DNA from: a virus
Lineage: Duplodnaviria; Caudoviricetes
DNA: 52,754 bases
IMG/VR virus record: IMGVR_UViG_3300020450_000032
Location: 1 to 52,754 of that record
Strand: one strand, 5' to 3'
Below, piece after piece: positions 22,453 through 30,226 of the stretch (the stretch's first letter is position 1; each line of letters begins with the position of its first letter). A program made the translations under genes and the position numbers. Below the pieces are notes generated by a model. It had not been told where the DNA came from, searched no databases, and saw only the letters and a program-made list of their open reading frames with translations.

Positions 22453-22569
22453 TCAAGGTTTTGGAGAATCTTCCTTTTTTTCCGTTTTTGGCGGTTGTGA
22501 AGGGTATTCACTGATCAATTTCTTGCCAGATTTGATAAATTCTTCACTTTTATCGACTCTAATTGTCAT
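22453..22569 (-). CDS. Small hypothetical protein (38 aa)
   Basis: Read by hand: MTIRVDKSEEFIKSGKKLISEYPSQPPKTEKKEDSPKP; fills the gap and resembles small ORFs upstream of gp25 in cyanophages. Confidence 0.6.
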   Translation of the reverse strand: MTIRVDKSEEFIKSGKKLISEYPSQPPKTEKKEDSPKP

Positions 22570-22606
22570 TTTTTCATTATTTTACGCTAACACTATCTAT
22601 AAGCAT

Positions 22607-22633
22607 AAAAAAAAGGGTCAAAATGACCCTTTT
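22607..22633 (-). terminator. Rho-independent terminator
   Basis: AAAAGGGTCA-AAA-TGACCCTTTT hairpin with an 8-nt U-tract on the minus strand. Confidence 0.8.
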
Positions 22634-22669
22634 CTCAACGATAATTTTTATTTTTATAAGATTAATCCA

Positions 22670-22822
22670 TTATTTTCCTTGTCCTCGGTACTTTTTACGT
22701 TTGCCATTCCTTGATGTAGCATTATATTTTGTATTTTTACTTGTCCCTTGTCGGGTTTTCTTTTGATTCTTCTCTTCTTGTACAGAAGTTCCAAATCCAC
22801 CCATCTTAGTTCTGACTACCAT
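22670..22822 (-). CDS. Small, very basic protein (50 aa, ends KRKKYRGQGK)
   Basis: Read by hand: MVVRTKMGGFGTSVQEEKNQKKTRQGTSKNTKYNATSRNGKRKKYRGQGK; KKTRQG/YRGQG motif recalled from marine T4-like phages. Confidence 0.75.
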   Translation of the reverse strand: MVVRTKMGGFGTSVQEEKNQKKTRQGTSKNTKYNATSRNGKRKKYRGQGK

Positions 22823-22859
22823 GTTCCGATTAAAAAAGAATATATTATGAATTAGGTGA

Positions 22860-23034
22860 GGAGGGAGGTAGGATTCCTGTGTACCTACAAAAGACGGGCA
22901 TTTCTACAGTTAGAAATACGTCTTTGCATAAGACCCGTTTGGTAAAACGATTCTGTTGTTCCCAACAGCGAGCACCACCTCTGTCTTATCACCTTAACTA
23001 GCAAAATGCCAGTAAGTTTATTCAGTCACTCCCG
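22860..23034 (-). ncRNA. manA RNA motif-like structured RNA
   Basis: GC-rich intergenic sequence GGGAGUGACUGAAUAAACUUACUGGCA...UAAGGUGA...GGUGGUGC...UGUAG...AUGCCC...GGAAUCCUACCUCCC, matching my recollection of cyanophage manA RNAs. Several stems are visible and the ends pair (GGGAG/CUCCC). Confidence 0.75.
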
Positions 23035-23060
23035 TGTTGAGCGATCAACTCAACAAATAT

Positions 23061-23089
23061 AGTATATCACTTACTCTCAGGTTTGTCAA
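23061..23089 (-). promoter_or_regulatory. Host-type sigma70 promoter for the ncRNA
   Basis: TTGACA (23089-23084), 17 bp, TATACT (23066-23061); predicted start about 23054. Confidence 0.8.
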
Positions 23090-23636
23090 GCTCTGGTAAA
23101 AACCAATTGAAATTTATCACAAAACGTTCTTTTGTATTGGTTTGAGTTACTCCTCTGTGCTTTATATTGCTTGGAAACGTCACCATACGGTTAGCAAGCG
23201 AGTTTATACACTCCCCTGTCTCAAATTCTGTGTATCCGTTGTTGCTATTTACGTAAAATATAGCAGTTTGCATATTCTTACAAGGGATTTTTTCGTCATG
23301 GTACGCAGGTTGAAACTGCCAATCCCAATGGAACTCCCCTTCGTACTTCTTACTTCCGCTATATTTCTCTAAATTTGCCTTAATTCTGTATATTCCCAAA
23401 GGTTTTGCCTTATTGAGTATTGGAAAGAGTTTTGGGAGGTGCTCTGACTTGTGTAACGTAGTACTCAAAAAGAATCCATGGTTAAATTGACCATCTCTAA
23501 GGTCATCTTCCTCTATGTCGCTGTAGCGGACTTTAAAGGGATCATAAGACCAAAAACCAGGTTGATACATCAGATCGTGTATTTCCTTCAATTCTTCTGG
23601 TTTCAGATAGTCATTAATAACTTGGAGTTTCGTCAT
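23067..23636 (-). CDS. 2OG-Fe(II) oxygenase superfamily protein
   Basis: RIKANL...HWD (HxD)...TAIFYVNSNNGYTEF...ANRMVTF-S...H-G...R-VINFN; start moved to MTKLQVINDYL. Confidence 0.85.
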   Translation of the reverse strand: MTKLQVINDYLKPEELKEIHDLMYQPGFWSYDPFKVRYSDIEEDDLRDGQFNHGFFLSTTLHKSEHLPKLFPILNKAKPLGIYRIKANLEKYSGSKKYEGEFHWDWQFQPAYHDEKIPCKNMQTAIFYVNSNNGYTEFETGECINSLANRMVTFPSNIKHRGVTQTNTKERFVINFNWFLPELDKPESK

Positions 23637-23778
23637 ATTCATCAATAGGTTCATAAACAATCTGGATATCGTGCTTAAGCACATCCACTTCACCTTTTTT
23701 TAATAATTTTTCTAACTTTTCCACAGACACACAGTGTTTAACACATTCATCATCCTTATAGATGTGGAACTCTAACAT
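23614..23778 (-). CDS. Small hypothetical protein (54 aa)
   Basis: Read by hand: MLEFHIYKDDECVKHCVSVEKLEK...; abuts the PAAR stop codon and overlaps the oxygenase start. Confidence 0.65.
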   Translation of the reverse strand: MLEFHIYKDDECVKHCVSVEKLEKLLKKGEVDVLKHDIQIVYEPIDEYDETPSY

Positions 23779-24066
23779 TTAACCTCCAGCAAAAACATTA
23801 CTACTACCACCTGATACTGACGTACAGGTAGGATCTCCAACTCTACCACATGCTTTGCCATTAACAAAGACGGTAGAACTACCACTACTTATAACAGTAG
23901 AGTGTGCAGGACATTTATTACCTGCAGGAAAGGTATGTACTGTATTTTTATCTCCTTGTCTACTTACTGAGATACTATTACAAAATACATTACCGCTACC
24001 AACGGCTCGTACCATACCTGAGCAATGAGATACTTCACTGTCTCCTACTCTTGTAACTGCTGGCAT
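23779..24066 (-). CDS. PAAR-repeat spike tip protein (T4 gp5.4-like)
   Basis: MPAVTRVGD, SRQGD and GRVGD repeats; GS-NVF/GSSTVFVNG; His/Cys metal ligands. Confidence 0.92.
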   Translation of the reverse strand: MPAVTRVGDSEVSHCSGMVRAVGSGNVFCNSISVSRQGDKNTVHTFPAGNKCPAHSTVISSGSSTVFVNGKACGRVGDPTCTSVSGGSSNVFAGG

Positions 24067-24260
24067 TCTTCAGATCCTCCAATGTTTTCCTCTCCTTCAA
24101 CAGAGAAAGGATTATATTTTGATCTAGCGTTCCTATACATGGTCTCATGTAAGGTAACGGGTTCTTCTTTAACGTCCTCTAGTAGAGGTTTAATATCTTC
24201 TGGCATGTTTAAAAACCAAGGGTCATAGGGTAAAAAATAAGGTTTTGCGTAATGGGTCAT
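24045..24260 (-). CDS. Hypothetical protein
   Basis: MTHYAKPYF... start coupled to the upstream stop (TAATG); YDPWF and T-HE-MY motifs. Confidence 0.65.
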   Translation of the reverse strand: MTHYAKPYFLPYDPWFLNMPEDIKPLLEDVKEEPVTLHETMYRNARSKYNPFSVEGEENIGGSEECQQLQE

Positions 24261-24784
24261 TAATCGTAATACGTATCTACAAATGATCGTATTCCTTCCC
24301 ACTCATTATTTACCTGCATTGTAGCAGTTAAATTTGCAGAACTAGAATCAGTTACTACACTGATACTGAAACTTATTATAACATAGTTTCGGGTATCTTG
24401 GTCAAGTTCATAATATTCCTTTCCAGTTGGCATATTGGATACACCAACAACTGTAGAAGGAGTTTGTATCTTATTAGATGAACCTCCCTCCACATAAGTA
24501 AAGGTATCGGAAAACGGATCAATAAAAGTTCCTGTTATAGTACAAGTATTAACACCACTAGTCAAAGTTAACTGATTAGTAATATCAACAGAACTTCCTT
24601 CTATACCATCACTTGCATTATAATAAGAGTACGATACTGCAGTACATGTTGTACTAGTTATCGTTTCTCCTTCATCATCAGTAGAAGAAGTGACACTCAG
24701 GTTTACTGTATAGTTGGGTCTCTCCTGTTCTGCAAATTCATCGTCAGTGTTACCTTGTGGTGAACAACTTATACTTATAGTCAT
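24260..24784 (-). CDS. Hypothetical acidic S/T-rich, probably structural, protein
   Basis: 174-aa ORF coupled to both neighbours in the PAAR operon. Confidence 0.7.
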   Translation of the reverse strand: MTISISCSPQGNTDDEFAEQERPNYTVNLSVTSSTDDEGETITSTTCTAVSYSYYNASDGIEGSSVDITNQLTLTSGVNTCTITGTFIDPFSDTFTYVEGGSSNKIQTPSTVVGVSNMPTGKEYYELDQDTRNYVIISFSISVVTDSSSANLTATMQVNNEWEGIRSFVDTYYD

Positions 24785-24987
24785 TTTATCTCTCTACTCA
24801 TTATCTGTTGAAGATACCAAGAGTACTTAGCATATTCTTCATGTTGTTCCTCTGTATGAGGACCATCAGGTATATCTGGTTGAAACTTTATAACATTATC
24901 TATTATTAGGGGGATGTCACCTATCCTAGTATACGTCTTTAGGTTACCATCCACTAATATTTCAAAATGACCTGTTACGTCATTCAT
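24781..24987 (-). CDS. Conserved T4-like phage hypothetical protein
   Basis: DIP...DNVIKF-PDIP-GPHT-EQH motif; ATGA overlaps. Confidence 0.75.
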   Translation of the reverse strand: MNDVTGHFEILVDGNLKTYTRIGDIPLIIDNVIKFQPDIPDGPHTEEQHEEYAKYSWYLQQIMSREIK

Positions 24988-25154
24988 GATTCTACAGTAT
25001 CTAACTCATCCTCAAAGTTGAGAAGTAAGAAATCCTCTGCTCCTTCATAATCTCTAAAGTAGTATGTTTCACCATTAGGTGCCTCTACTATAAATTTGTC
25101 GATGTATCTGTTGAACTCTATAGGTAACTTGTTTCCATCACTATCTTCATACAT
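24984..25154 (-). CDS. Hypothetical protein
   Basis: Likely start MYEDSDGNKL; overlaps the next start. Confidence 0.55.
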   Translation of the reverse strand: MYEDSDGNKLPIEFNRYIDKFIVEAPNGETYYFRDYEGAEDFLLLNFEDELDTVES

Positions 25155-25335
25155 AATTTTTCTGTGTGAATTTTTTTTATATAGTATTTTCGGTTTCTGG
25201 CAATTTTTTCTCTGCGAAATTTTTCTCACTCGTTGGGATACTTTTGTAGGTTAGATGGTACCTATGCATTTTAAACGCACGGCCCGACCCCATAAAATCG
25301 GGCGAACCCGACGAAGTGCGATTTTGGTGCTAAAG

Positions 25336-25361
25336 AAAAAAGGGGGTGTTATTCCCCTTTT
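25336..25361 (-). terminator. Rho-independent terminator closing the early island
   Basis: AAAAGGGG...CCCCTTTT hairpin spanning the stop codon at 25349, with a U-tract. Confidence 0.7.
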
Positions 25362-25615
25362 CCGATTTCTGCGATTAGTTCCCCCATTTCGGTTAGATTT
25401 GCTTCGCCCCAGTCGGCACCGTCAGGTGTAAAGAAAGAACCGATCATCGCCTGCATTTCGTAAAGAAATTCGTTGTAAGTTTCGCACTCCTTAGCGATTG
25501 AGTTATAGCACTGGTCGTTGTTGATCCATAGTGCTACATTCCAAGTTGTCCAATCTGACCAACCGTTATACTGTGTTGGTGTGTCTGAGAAATTGAAACT
25601 TGTTTGTGCGATCAT
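25349..25615 (-). CDS. Conserved phage early protein (YNGW...W-V-LW family)
   Basis: YNGWSDWTTWNVALWINND...TPDG; AGGAG RBS before MIAQTSF. Confidence 0.8.
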   Translation of the reverse strand: MIAQTSFNFSDTPTQYNGWSDWTTWNVALWINNDQCYNSIAKECETYNEFLYEMQAMIGSFFTPDGADWGEANLTEMGELIAEIGKGE

Positions 25616-25695
25616 TTGGATTTGCTCCTTTGTTTGGTATATACTTATTATAGCATAAGGGGGGCATATGCAACCCCCCAAATGTTAAGAAAGTG

Positions 25696-25881
25696 TTAAA
25701 TGCAACTCTTTCCTTTTGTTGCCCATAACGCAAGACGCATAGTAGATGCCTTGTAAACCGCTTCGGCAGATCTGCCAGTAGCACGTGCCGCTCTCTGTAG
25801 AGTTTTACGGTTTGCTTTCTCTCTTTTAACTGTTGGGACTAATACGTCTCTCGCAGTTTGGAAGATGTCTTTTTGAGTCAT
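25696..25881 (-). CDS. Small basic early protein
   Basis: AGGAG RBS and promoter cassette before MTQKDIFQ. Confidence 0.7.
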   Translation of the reverse strand: MTQKDIFQTARDVLVPTVKREKANRKTLQRAARATGRSAEAVYKASTMRLALWATKGKSCI

Positions 25882-25960
25882 TTGGATTTGCTCCTGTGTT
25901 TGTTTATACTTCAATTATAGTGGGTGGGGGTGCTGTATGCAACCCCTAGTGGACAGTTTG

Positions 25961-26149
25961 TTAACTGTCACATCCGAGGATTTCTTCCATGTAGATTTCT
26001 GTCATTGACTTTTCAAAATCAATATCCGCTAGGATGTCTCTCTCTTCGGTTTCATATAGATCCTCTATATAAAAATCTTCGGTATCTAGATCCTGCTCTA
26101 TTTCGATTAGTTCAGATTCTAGAGGCAGTGTTTCAAGTTTTGAAGTCAT
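25961..26149 (-). CDS. Small, very acidic early protein
   Basis: 62 aa, about one third D/E; AGGAG RBS. Confidence 0.7.
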   Translation of the reverse strand: MTSKLETLPLESELIEIEQDLDTEDFYIEDLYETEERDILADIDFEKSMTEIYMEEILGCDS

Positions 26150-26222
26150 AGTGCTCCTTGTTTGTTTGATTTAATCTTAATGCATAGGGGGGACTATATC
26201 AAGTCCCCATGTGCCACTTTGT

Positions 26223-26351
26223 CTACTGGCACTGTTCCTCAAATCGTTTGTTTGCTATCTCGATTTGTTTCTCTTCGTCGTAGTATGGGAACGCTTCCTG
26301 CACTTCGTCGAATATTTGAAGTAGTAAATCTTCATGATGTAGAGTTGACAT
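26223..26351 (-). CDS. Small early protein (42 aa)
   Basis: Read by hand: MSTLHHEDLLLQIFDEVQEAFPYYDEEKQIEIANKRFEEQCQ; AAGGAG RBS and TATAAT upstream. Confidence 0.75.
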   Translation of the reverse strand: MSTLHHEDLLLQIFDEVQEAFPYYDEEKQIEIANKRFEEQCQ

Positions 26352-26421
26352 TTTTGTCTCCTTAGTTGCTTATGTCTTTATTATAATAGAAAACCCCCAG
26401 TGATGGGGGTTGTATGTGACA

Positions 26422-26562
26422 CTATTTGGACTGGCACAGTGTGGGGTCGATTTTACAAATTTGAGCGTTTCTTTCGTTTGTAACTTCGGTTATATTCTTA
26501 ATTGCTGTAGATCCTAAGACGTAGGCACATAGAATAGTAATTAGAATTAGAGCGTATCTCAT
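26422..26562 (-). CDS. Small protein with hydrophobic N-terminus (46 aa)
   Basis: Read by hand: MRYALILITILCAYVLGSTAIKNITEVTNERNAQICKIDPTLCQSK; starts 2 nt after the upstream stop. Confidence 0.65.
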   Translation of the reverse strand: MRYALILITILCAYVLGSTAIKNITEVTNERNAQICKIDPTLCQSK

Positions 26563-26564
26563 AA

Positions 26565-26759
26565 TTAATGTCTGTCTGAGATGTACCATGTACCGTTGTT
26601 TGGTGTTGGTCTATCCTTAAAATCCCTTAGTGCCATTTCGTCAAGTACTGCTATTAGCACTGGGTCATTTGCTGCCTTGTCATTCATTAATACTCTACCT
26701 TGATAGTAGGGTTTTAAGTTGTCGTCGAACATAGTAGTCATAATGCTGTTTTGTTTCAT
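26565..26759 (-). CDS. Hypothetical early protein
   Basis: ORF downstream of a TATAAT box; start at 26759 or 26741; C-terminal G-WYISDR. Confidence 0.65.
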   Translation of the reverse strand: MKQNSIMTTMFDDNLKPYYQGRVLMNDKAANDPVLIAVLDEMALRDFKDRPTPNNGTWYISDRH

Positions 26760-26950
26760 ACCTTTATTATAGGGGATAAATTGGTGCTGTGTGGGTGTGT
26801 TAATAATTCTTAACAATTCGGTTTGCTAGTCGTCGTTGATATCGGATCACTTTTTTGTGGATCCGTTGTTTGATTGCTCTAATAAACCCTAGCGTATAGT
26901 CAAGTACTAGGGTTAGAACATACAACGTTAGCAGATATAGTACAAGTGTA

Positions 26951-27559
26951 CTAAGCGACTTCATGAACTCGCCTCCAACATACCCACGTTATTGCTTGAA
27001 CTTGATTAGGAGAATAGTCAGTCCCTTCTGTATCATTGATCACATCAGTTGCTTCCTTGTATGCTTTGGTGATTTCTGCATATAGTTTGTCTGATATGTT
27101 AGGGACTTGATTAAGTGGGGTGTATGCTCCATTCCAAATATTAAATGCATGCCCATCAACTGTAATTTCATCACATTTTCCATTAGTAGCAATACCTCTA
27201 TAGAATGCAATTGTCTTGTTACCCCTAAGTAATGTTTTAATATTTTTGGGGTTGTCGTATTGATTCTCTAATATAGTAATTGCTTTATCCTTTTGCCCTC
27301 CAAAGGTACATACCTTAGGATACTCTATATCGTAACAATATGCTCTAATCATATTCTCAGCATCTATCAAGTTACGATCCCATTTGTTGTTTGGTGATAG
27401 AGCAGAAACAACTCCTACAACTGTGTCAAGTGGGATATTATATTCTTCAGATAATACCTTGCACATTGAGTATCCTTTAGAATACCATATCTCACCTTCT
27501 ATTTTATCTTGAGCATTAGATTGAAAGTAAGTTGAGAGAATGTTCTTTGTTAAAGTCAT
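26951..27559 (-). CDS. DUF7178-like phage protein, possible HhH/endonuclease III-type glycosylase fold
   Basis: G-x-WY, VSALSPNNKW-RN, VDGHA and QVQAITW motifs. Confidence 0.7.
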   Translation of the reverse strand: MTLTKNILSTYFQSNAQDKIEGEIWYSKGYSMCKVLSEEYNIPLDTVVGVVSALSPNNKWDRNLIDAENMIRAYCYDIEYPKVCTFGGQKDKAITILENQYDNPKNIKTLLRGNKTIAFYRGIATNGKCDEITVDGHAFNIWNGAYTPLNQVPNISDKLYAEITKAYKEATDVINDTEGTDYSPNQVQAITWVCWRRVHEVA

Positions 27560-27626
27560 GTTTGCTTTAATTGCTTAATAATATAATAACAGTACTAGCG
27601 AGTTAACGCTAGTACATATGATACAT

Positions 27627-28064
27627 TTACAGGTAACCTGCAACTTCCATTCCTGGTTCATCAAAGAACCATGAAACACTTAAATCATCATTCTCATATT
27701 TGTCTCTTATTGCATATCTGATATTTTCGGGGGGAGACCATGCAGTATCAAATGTTACAGTGAAACTATTATCACCCTCTTCGTCAATATCTACTTCGTA
27801 GCAGTCCCACTTAGTTCCCCAGTTTTCAAGTCGCCAGTTATACCATCTGTCATCAGTTGTACCATCTGGAAACTTAGGGGGGAATAGGTCATTAAGTGGA
27901 TCTTTTTTACTGAATTCGCCCGCTTCGTTTGGTGTTGTCTTCCAATCTGGTTCGGGAACGAAATTAGTGAATACATTTTCCATTTTGAAAATGTCGAGTA
28001 ACTCTTTAATTACTGTTTCTTTATCACAATAAAATGATACTCGATTGTGGCAATGATTAGGCAT
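27627..28064 (-). CDS. DUF1281/YubB ferredoxin-like protein
   Basis: MPNHCHN...WYNWR-ENWGTKWD...FDTAWSPP...EPG signature. Confidence 0.85.
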   Translation of the reverse strand: MPNHCHNRVSFYCDKETVIKELLDIFKMENVFTNFVPEPDWKTTPNEAGEFSKKDPLNDLFPPKFPDGTTDDRWYNWRLENWGTKWDCYEVDIDEEGDNSFTVTFDTAWSPPENIRYAIRDKYENDDLSVSWFFDEPGMEVAGYL

Positions 28065-28146
28065 AAATCTTTTGATGTATGTTATATTTGTATTGTATTA
28101 GAAATAATGATGATAGTCAACATTACTTGTGCCAGTTTGTGAATTG

Positions 28147-28410
28147 TCACTCCCACCCCCTCTTTTGTAGTTTACCTTGTCTGTCATGGTAATCTCCTAA
28201 TATGAATACTTCAAAGTCATACTTATTTGTTGACTTCTTACAATACTCACATTCTAATGATGACCAACTAAAATGAAATACTCTTAAGCATTCATCACAG
28301 TGTGGACAAATAATTAATCGTCCATTCTTACCTGATCTAGTATAAGAATTGACTTTAGGGAACGTTAGGGGGGATCTCCCATAATCCAATCTGCAAAGTG
28401 TGTGATTCAT
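28147..28410 (-). CDS. Zinc-ribbon protein
   Basis: CPHC...VFHFSWSSL-CEYC. Confidence 0.7.
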   Translation of the reverse strand: MNHTLCRLDYGRSPLTFPKVNSYTRSGKNGRLIICPHCDECLRVFHFSWSSLECEYCKKSTNKYDFEVFILGDYHDRQGKLQKRGWE

Positions 28411-28479
28411 TTGTGAAAACTTTAATTGCTAATAATATTATAAAGTACCACACGGTATTTGTGTAGTACATATGATACA

Positions 28480-28770
28480 TTACTCAGTATCAGGAATTCG
28501 TCTCTCCTCTATTGGTTTCTTGAATTTACATTTAGTATAATCTTTAATATCATTAACAACATCATTAAAATGATCCTTCCAGTAATTCTCTGCTCTATCC
28601 ATAAACTCTACCTCTGGTAAATCATTAAATAGATCCATATACATATCAAATGCAATTTGTAACAATTGATGTCTATCAAAACTATCTGTTATTCTATCTG
28701 CCAAATGGTACTTTAATTCATCTAATTCAAGTTTTGTAAGTTTTTGGTCAGTCATGATACTTTTGTTCAT
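28480..28770 (-). CDS. Hypothetical early protein
   Basis: 96-aa ORF between two promoter cassettes. Confidence 0.7.
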   Translation of the reverse strand: MNKSIMTDQKLTKLELDELKYHLADRITDSFDRHQLLQIAFDMYMDLFNDLPEVEFMDRAENYWKDHFNDVVNDIKDYTKCKFKKPIEERRIPDTE

Positions 28771-28827
28771 TTTGCTTACTTTTATTATAAATGAAAAAAA
28801 GGGGTATGTCTACCCCTTTTGTGACAG

Positions 28828-29268
28828 TTATGCAACTGCCACATCTTCCTCAGGAATTGTACGAGGTTCGACTATAGTGCCAGTAACGTTGTACTCTTCA
28901 TCATACTTTTTGTTTATCTCAAAGCATAACCATTCATGGTCTAGTGTGAATATGTAACAATATTCCTCCCATGAATTAGCGTTGTTGAAATACTCATCAA
29001 ATGAAGAGTTAAGACGAGGTGGGCAATCTTCCCCTCTCTCCTTATAATAACATGGTTGTGGATCTCTTTTGTCTTCATAATCCCAACCCGTGTCTGAATA
29101 GCAAGAGGACATGTCTCCTCCATCTATTAATTTAGCGATAGCATCTCTGGTGTTGTAGTGCTGTTTAAGGATTCTACCTAACCACTCAGGATATCCATCC
29201 CAATGGTGATAAACAGAAAGTACATTTCCATTTGCTAGTTCTAGTCCAATACGTGATCTAGTTCCCAA
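28828..29268 (-). CDS. Conserved phage protein (TRS-I...Y-HWDGYP family), TTG start
   Basis: GTRSRIG...SVYHHWDGYPEWLG...EY-YIF; AGGAG RBS before the TTG. Confidence 0.85.
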   Translation of the reverse strand: MGTRSRIGLELANGNVLSVYHHWDGYPEWLGRILKQHYNTRDAIAKLIDGGDMSSCYSDTGWDYEDKRDPQPCYYKERGEDCPPRLNSSFDEYFNNANSWEEYCYIFTLDHEWLCFEINKKYDEEYNVTGTIVEPRTIPEEDVAVA

Positions 29269-29422
29269 AATTAATCTCCTAGTAAATGTTTAATAGGGGT
29301 GGACTTACAGGACGTAATTTCTCTGCTGAACAAAGACAACCATAGATCCTTGCCCCCTATACATCTATTATACTGCATCAATGATGTTATTCAATAGATG
29401 TTGTGCCAGTTTGTCAACTGGA

Positions 29423-29605
29423 CTACTCCCATGAGTAGTCGCTAGGTTCTGGTTCGGATATCTTCTCACACAGTGAGTCGTATGCATCCTGAGTAGATTC
29501 ATCAATCCAACCCATATCATTAAAGAACATCATCATTTGAACGATTACTTCCTCTTCGTCCATAGTCATGTCTAGATGTCTGATTTCTTTTACATCATTT
29601 GTCAT
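29423..29605 (-). CDS. Small acidic hypothetical protein
   Basis: ORF overlapping the upstream stop. Confidence 0.6.
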   Translation of the reverse strand: MTNDVKEIRHLDMTMDEEEVIVQMMMFFNDMGWIDESTQDAYDSLCEKISEPEPSDYSWE

Positions 29606-29831
29606 TTGTGAGTCCCTCGATGAATGATTGTTTTACTAACTGAACCTTGTTAACATCTTGTAGAAAAGAATTAACATGTTTTGTAGTGGTCTTAGAATAG
29701 AACTGCTCAGTTTTGAAATAACCTTCATCAGGTAAATAACCTGCAACTGGTGTCTCATAACTGAATAGTACTTGTGCACCGTTGTTGAAACTAACCAAAG
29801 ATTGATTGTTTCCGATCTGTTTTAAATTCAT
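29595..29831 (-). CDS. Conserved phage protein (FSY-TPVA...S-TT-KH-N family)
   Basis: VLFSYETPVAG...FYSKTTTKHVN. Confidence 0.8.
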   Translation of the reverse strand: MNLKQIGNNQSLVSFNNGAQVLFSYETPVAGYLPDEGYFKTEQFYSKTTTKHVNSFLQDVNKVQLVKQSFIEGLTNDK

Positions 29832-29911
29832 GTGATTTGAATGTTTACTCTTCTATTATACAATAAAAAAAGGGACTGTAAAGTCCCCGTGTGACACTAA
29901 TCCAACTGTCA

Positions 29912-30148
29912 CTATGCTGTCTGTTGCTTCAGTGCACCTCTCTTACGAGCAAGAGCAATAAATTTACCAACTGACTCACCTCTAGTTGCTGTGACATCCA
30001 AGTCAGCAACTAATTCACTTTCAGTAATATCAAAGCGATACGCCTTGTCCCTGTTAGTGGTGTATGTAATGTCCATAGTGTTGTCGTCGTTGACTGTAAT
30101 AGGTGATACTACAGCACTTGACTTTTCAAATGAGATTTGCATAATCAA
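29912..30148 (-). CDS. Hypothetical protein, weakly KTSC-like
   Basis: SSAV...Y-F...SVGKFI pattern; promoter upstream. Confidence 0.6.
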   Translation of the reverse strand: MIMQISFEKSSAVVSPITVNDDNTMDITYTTNRDKAYRFDITESELVADLDVTATRGESVGKFIALARKRGALKQQTA

Positions 30149-30226
30149 TCATTGTAACGTTTGTCTCTATTATAATAACACAACTGCATATAGGTGTCAA
30201 CGTACATATGATACATTAAGTTGTAA

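Noticed and set aside
1015-22766. Short + strand ORFs in the track across the structural module (also 43062-52726)
   Set aside because: Antisense shadows of long minus-strand genes, with no RBS or recognisable motifs
22860-23034. Canonical tRNA or tmRNA
   Set aside because: No TTCGA T-loop, anticodon arm, CCA end or tag reading frame; fits manA-type RNA better
23717-23725. Single TTTTCCACA
   Set aside because: Isolated and inside a coding sequence; about one chance copy is plausible in a window this size
29300-29340. Hairpin ribozyme (CAGAGAAA...GUC resemblance)
   Set aside because: Loop A and loop B consensus strands are not present in the required arrangement
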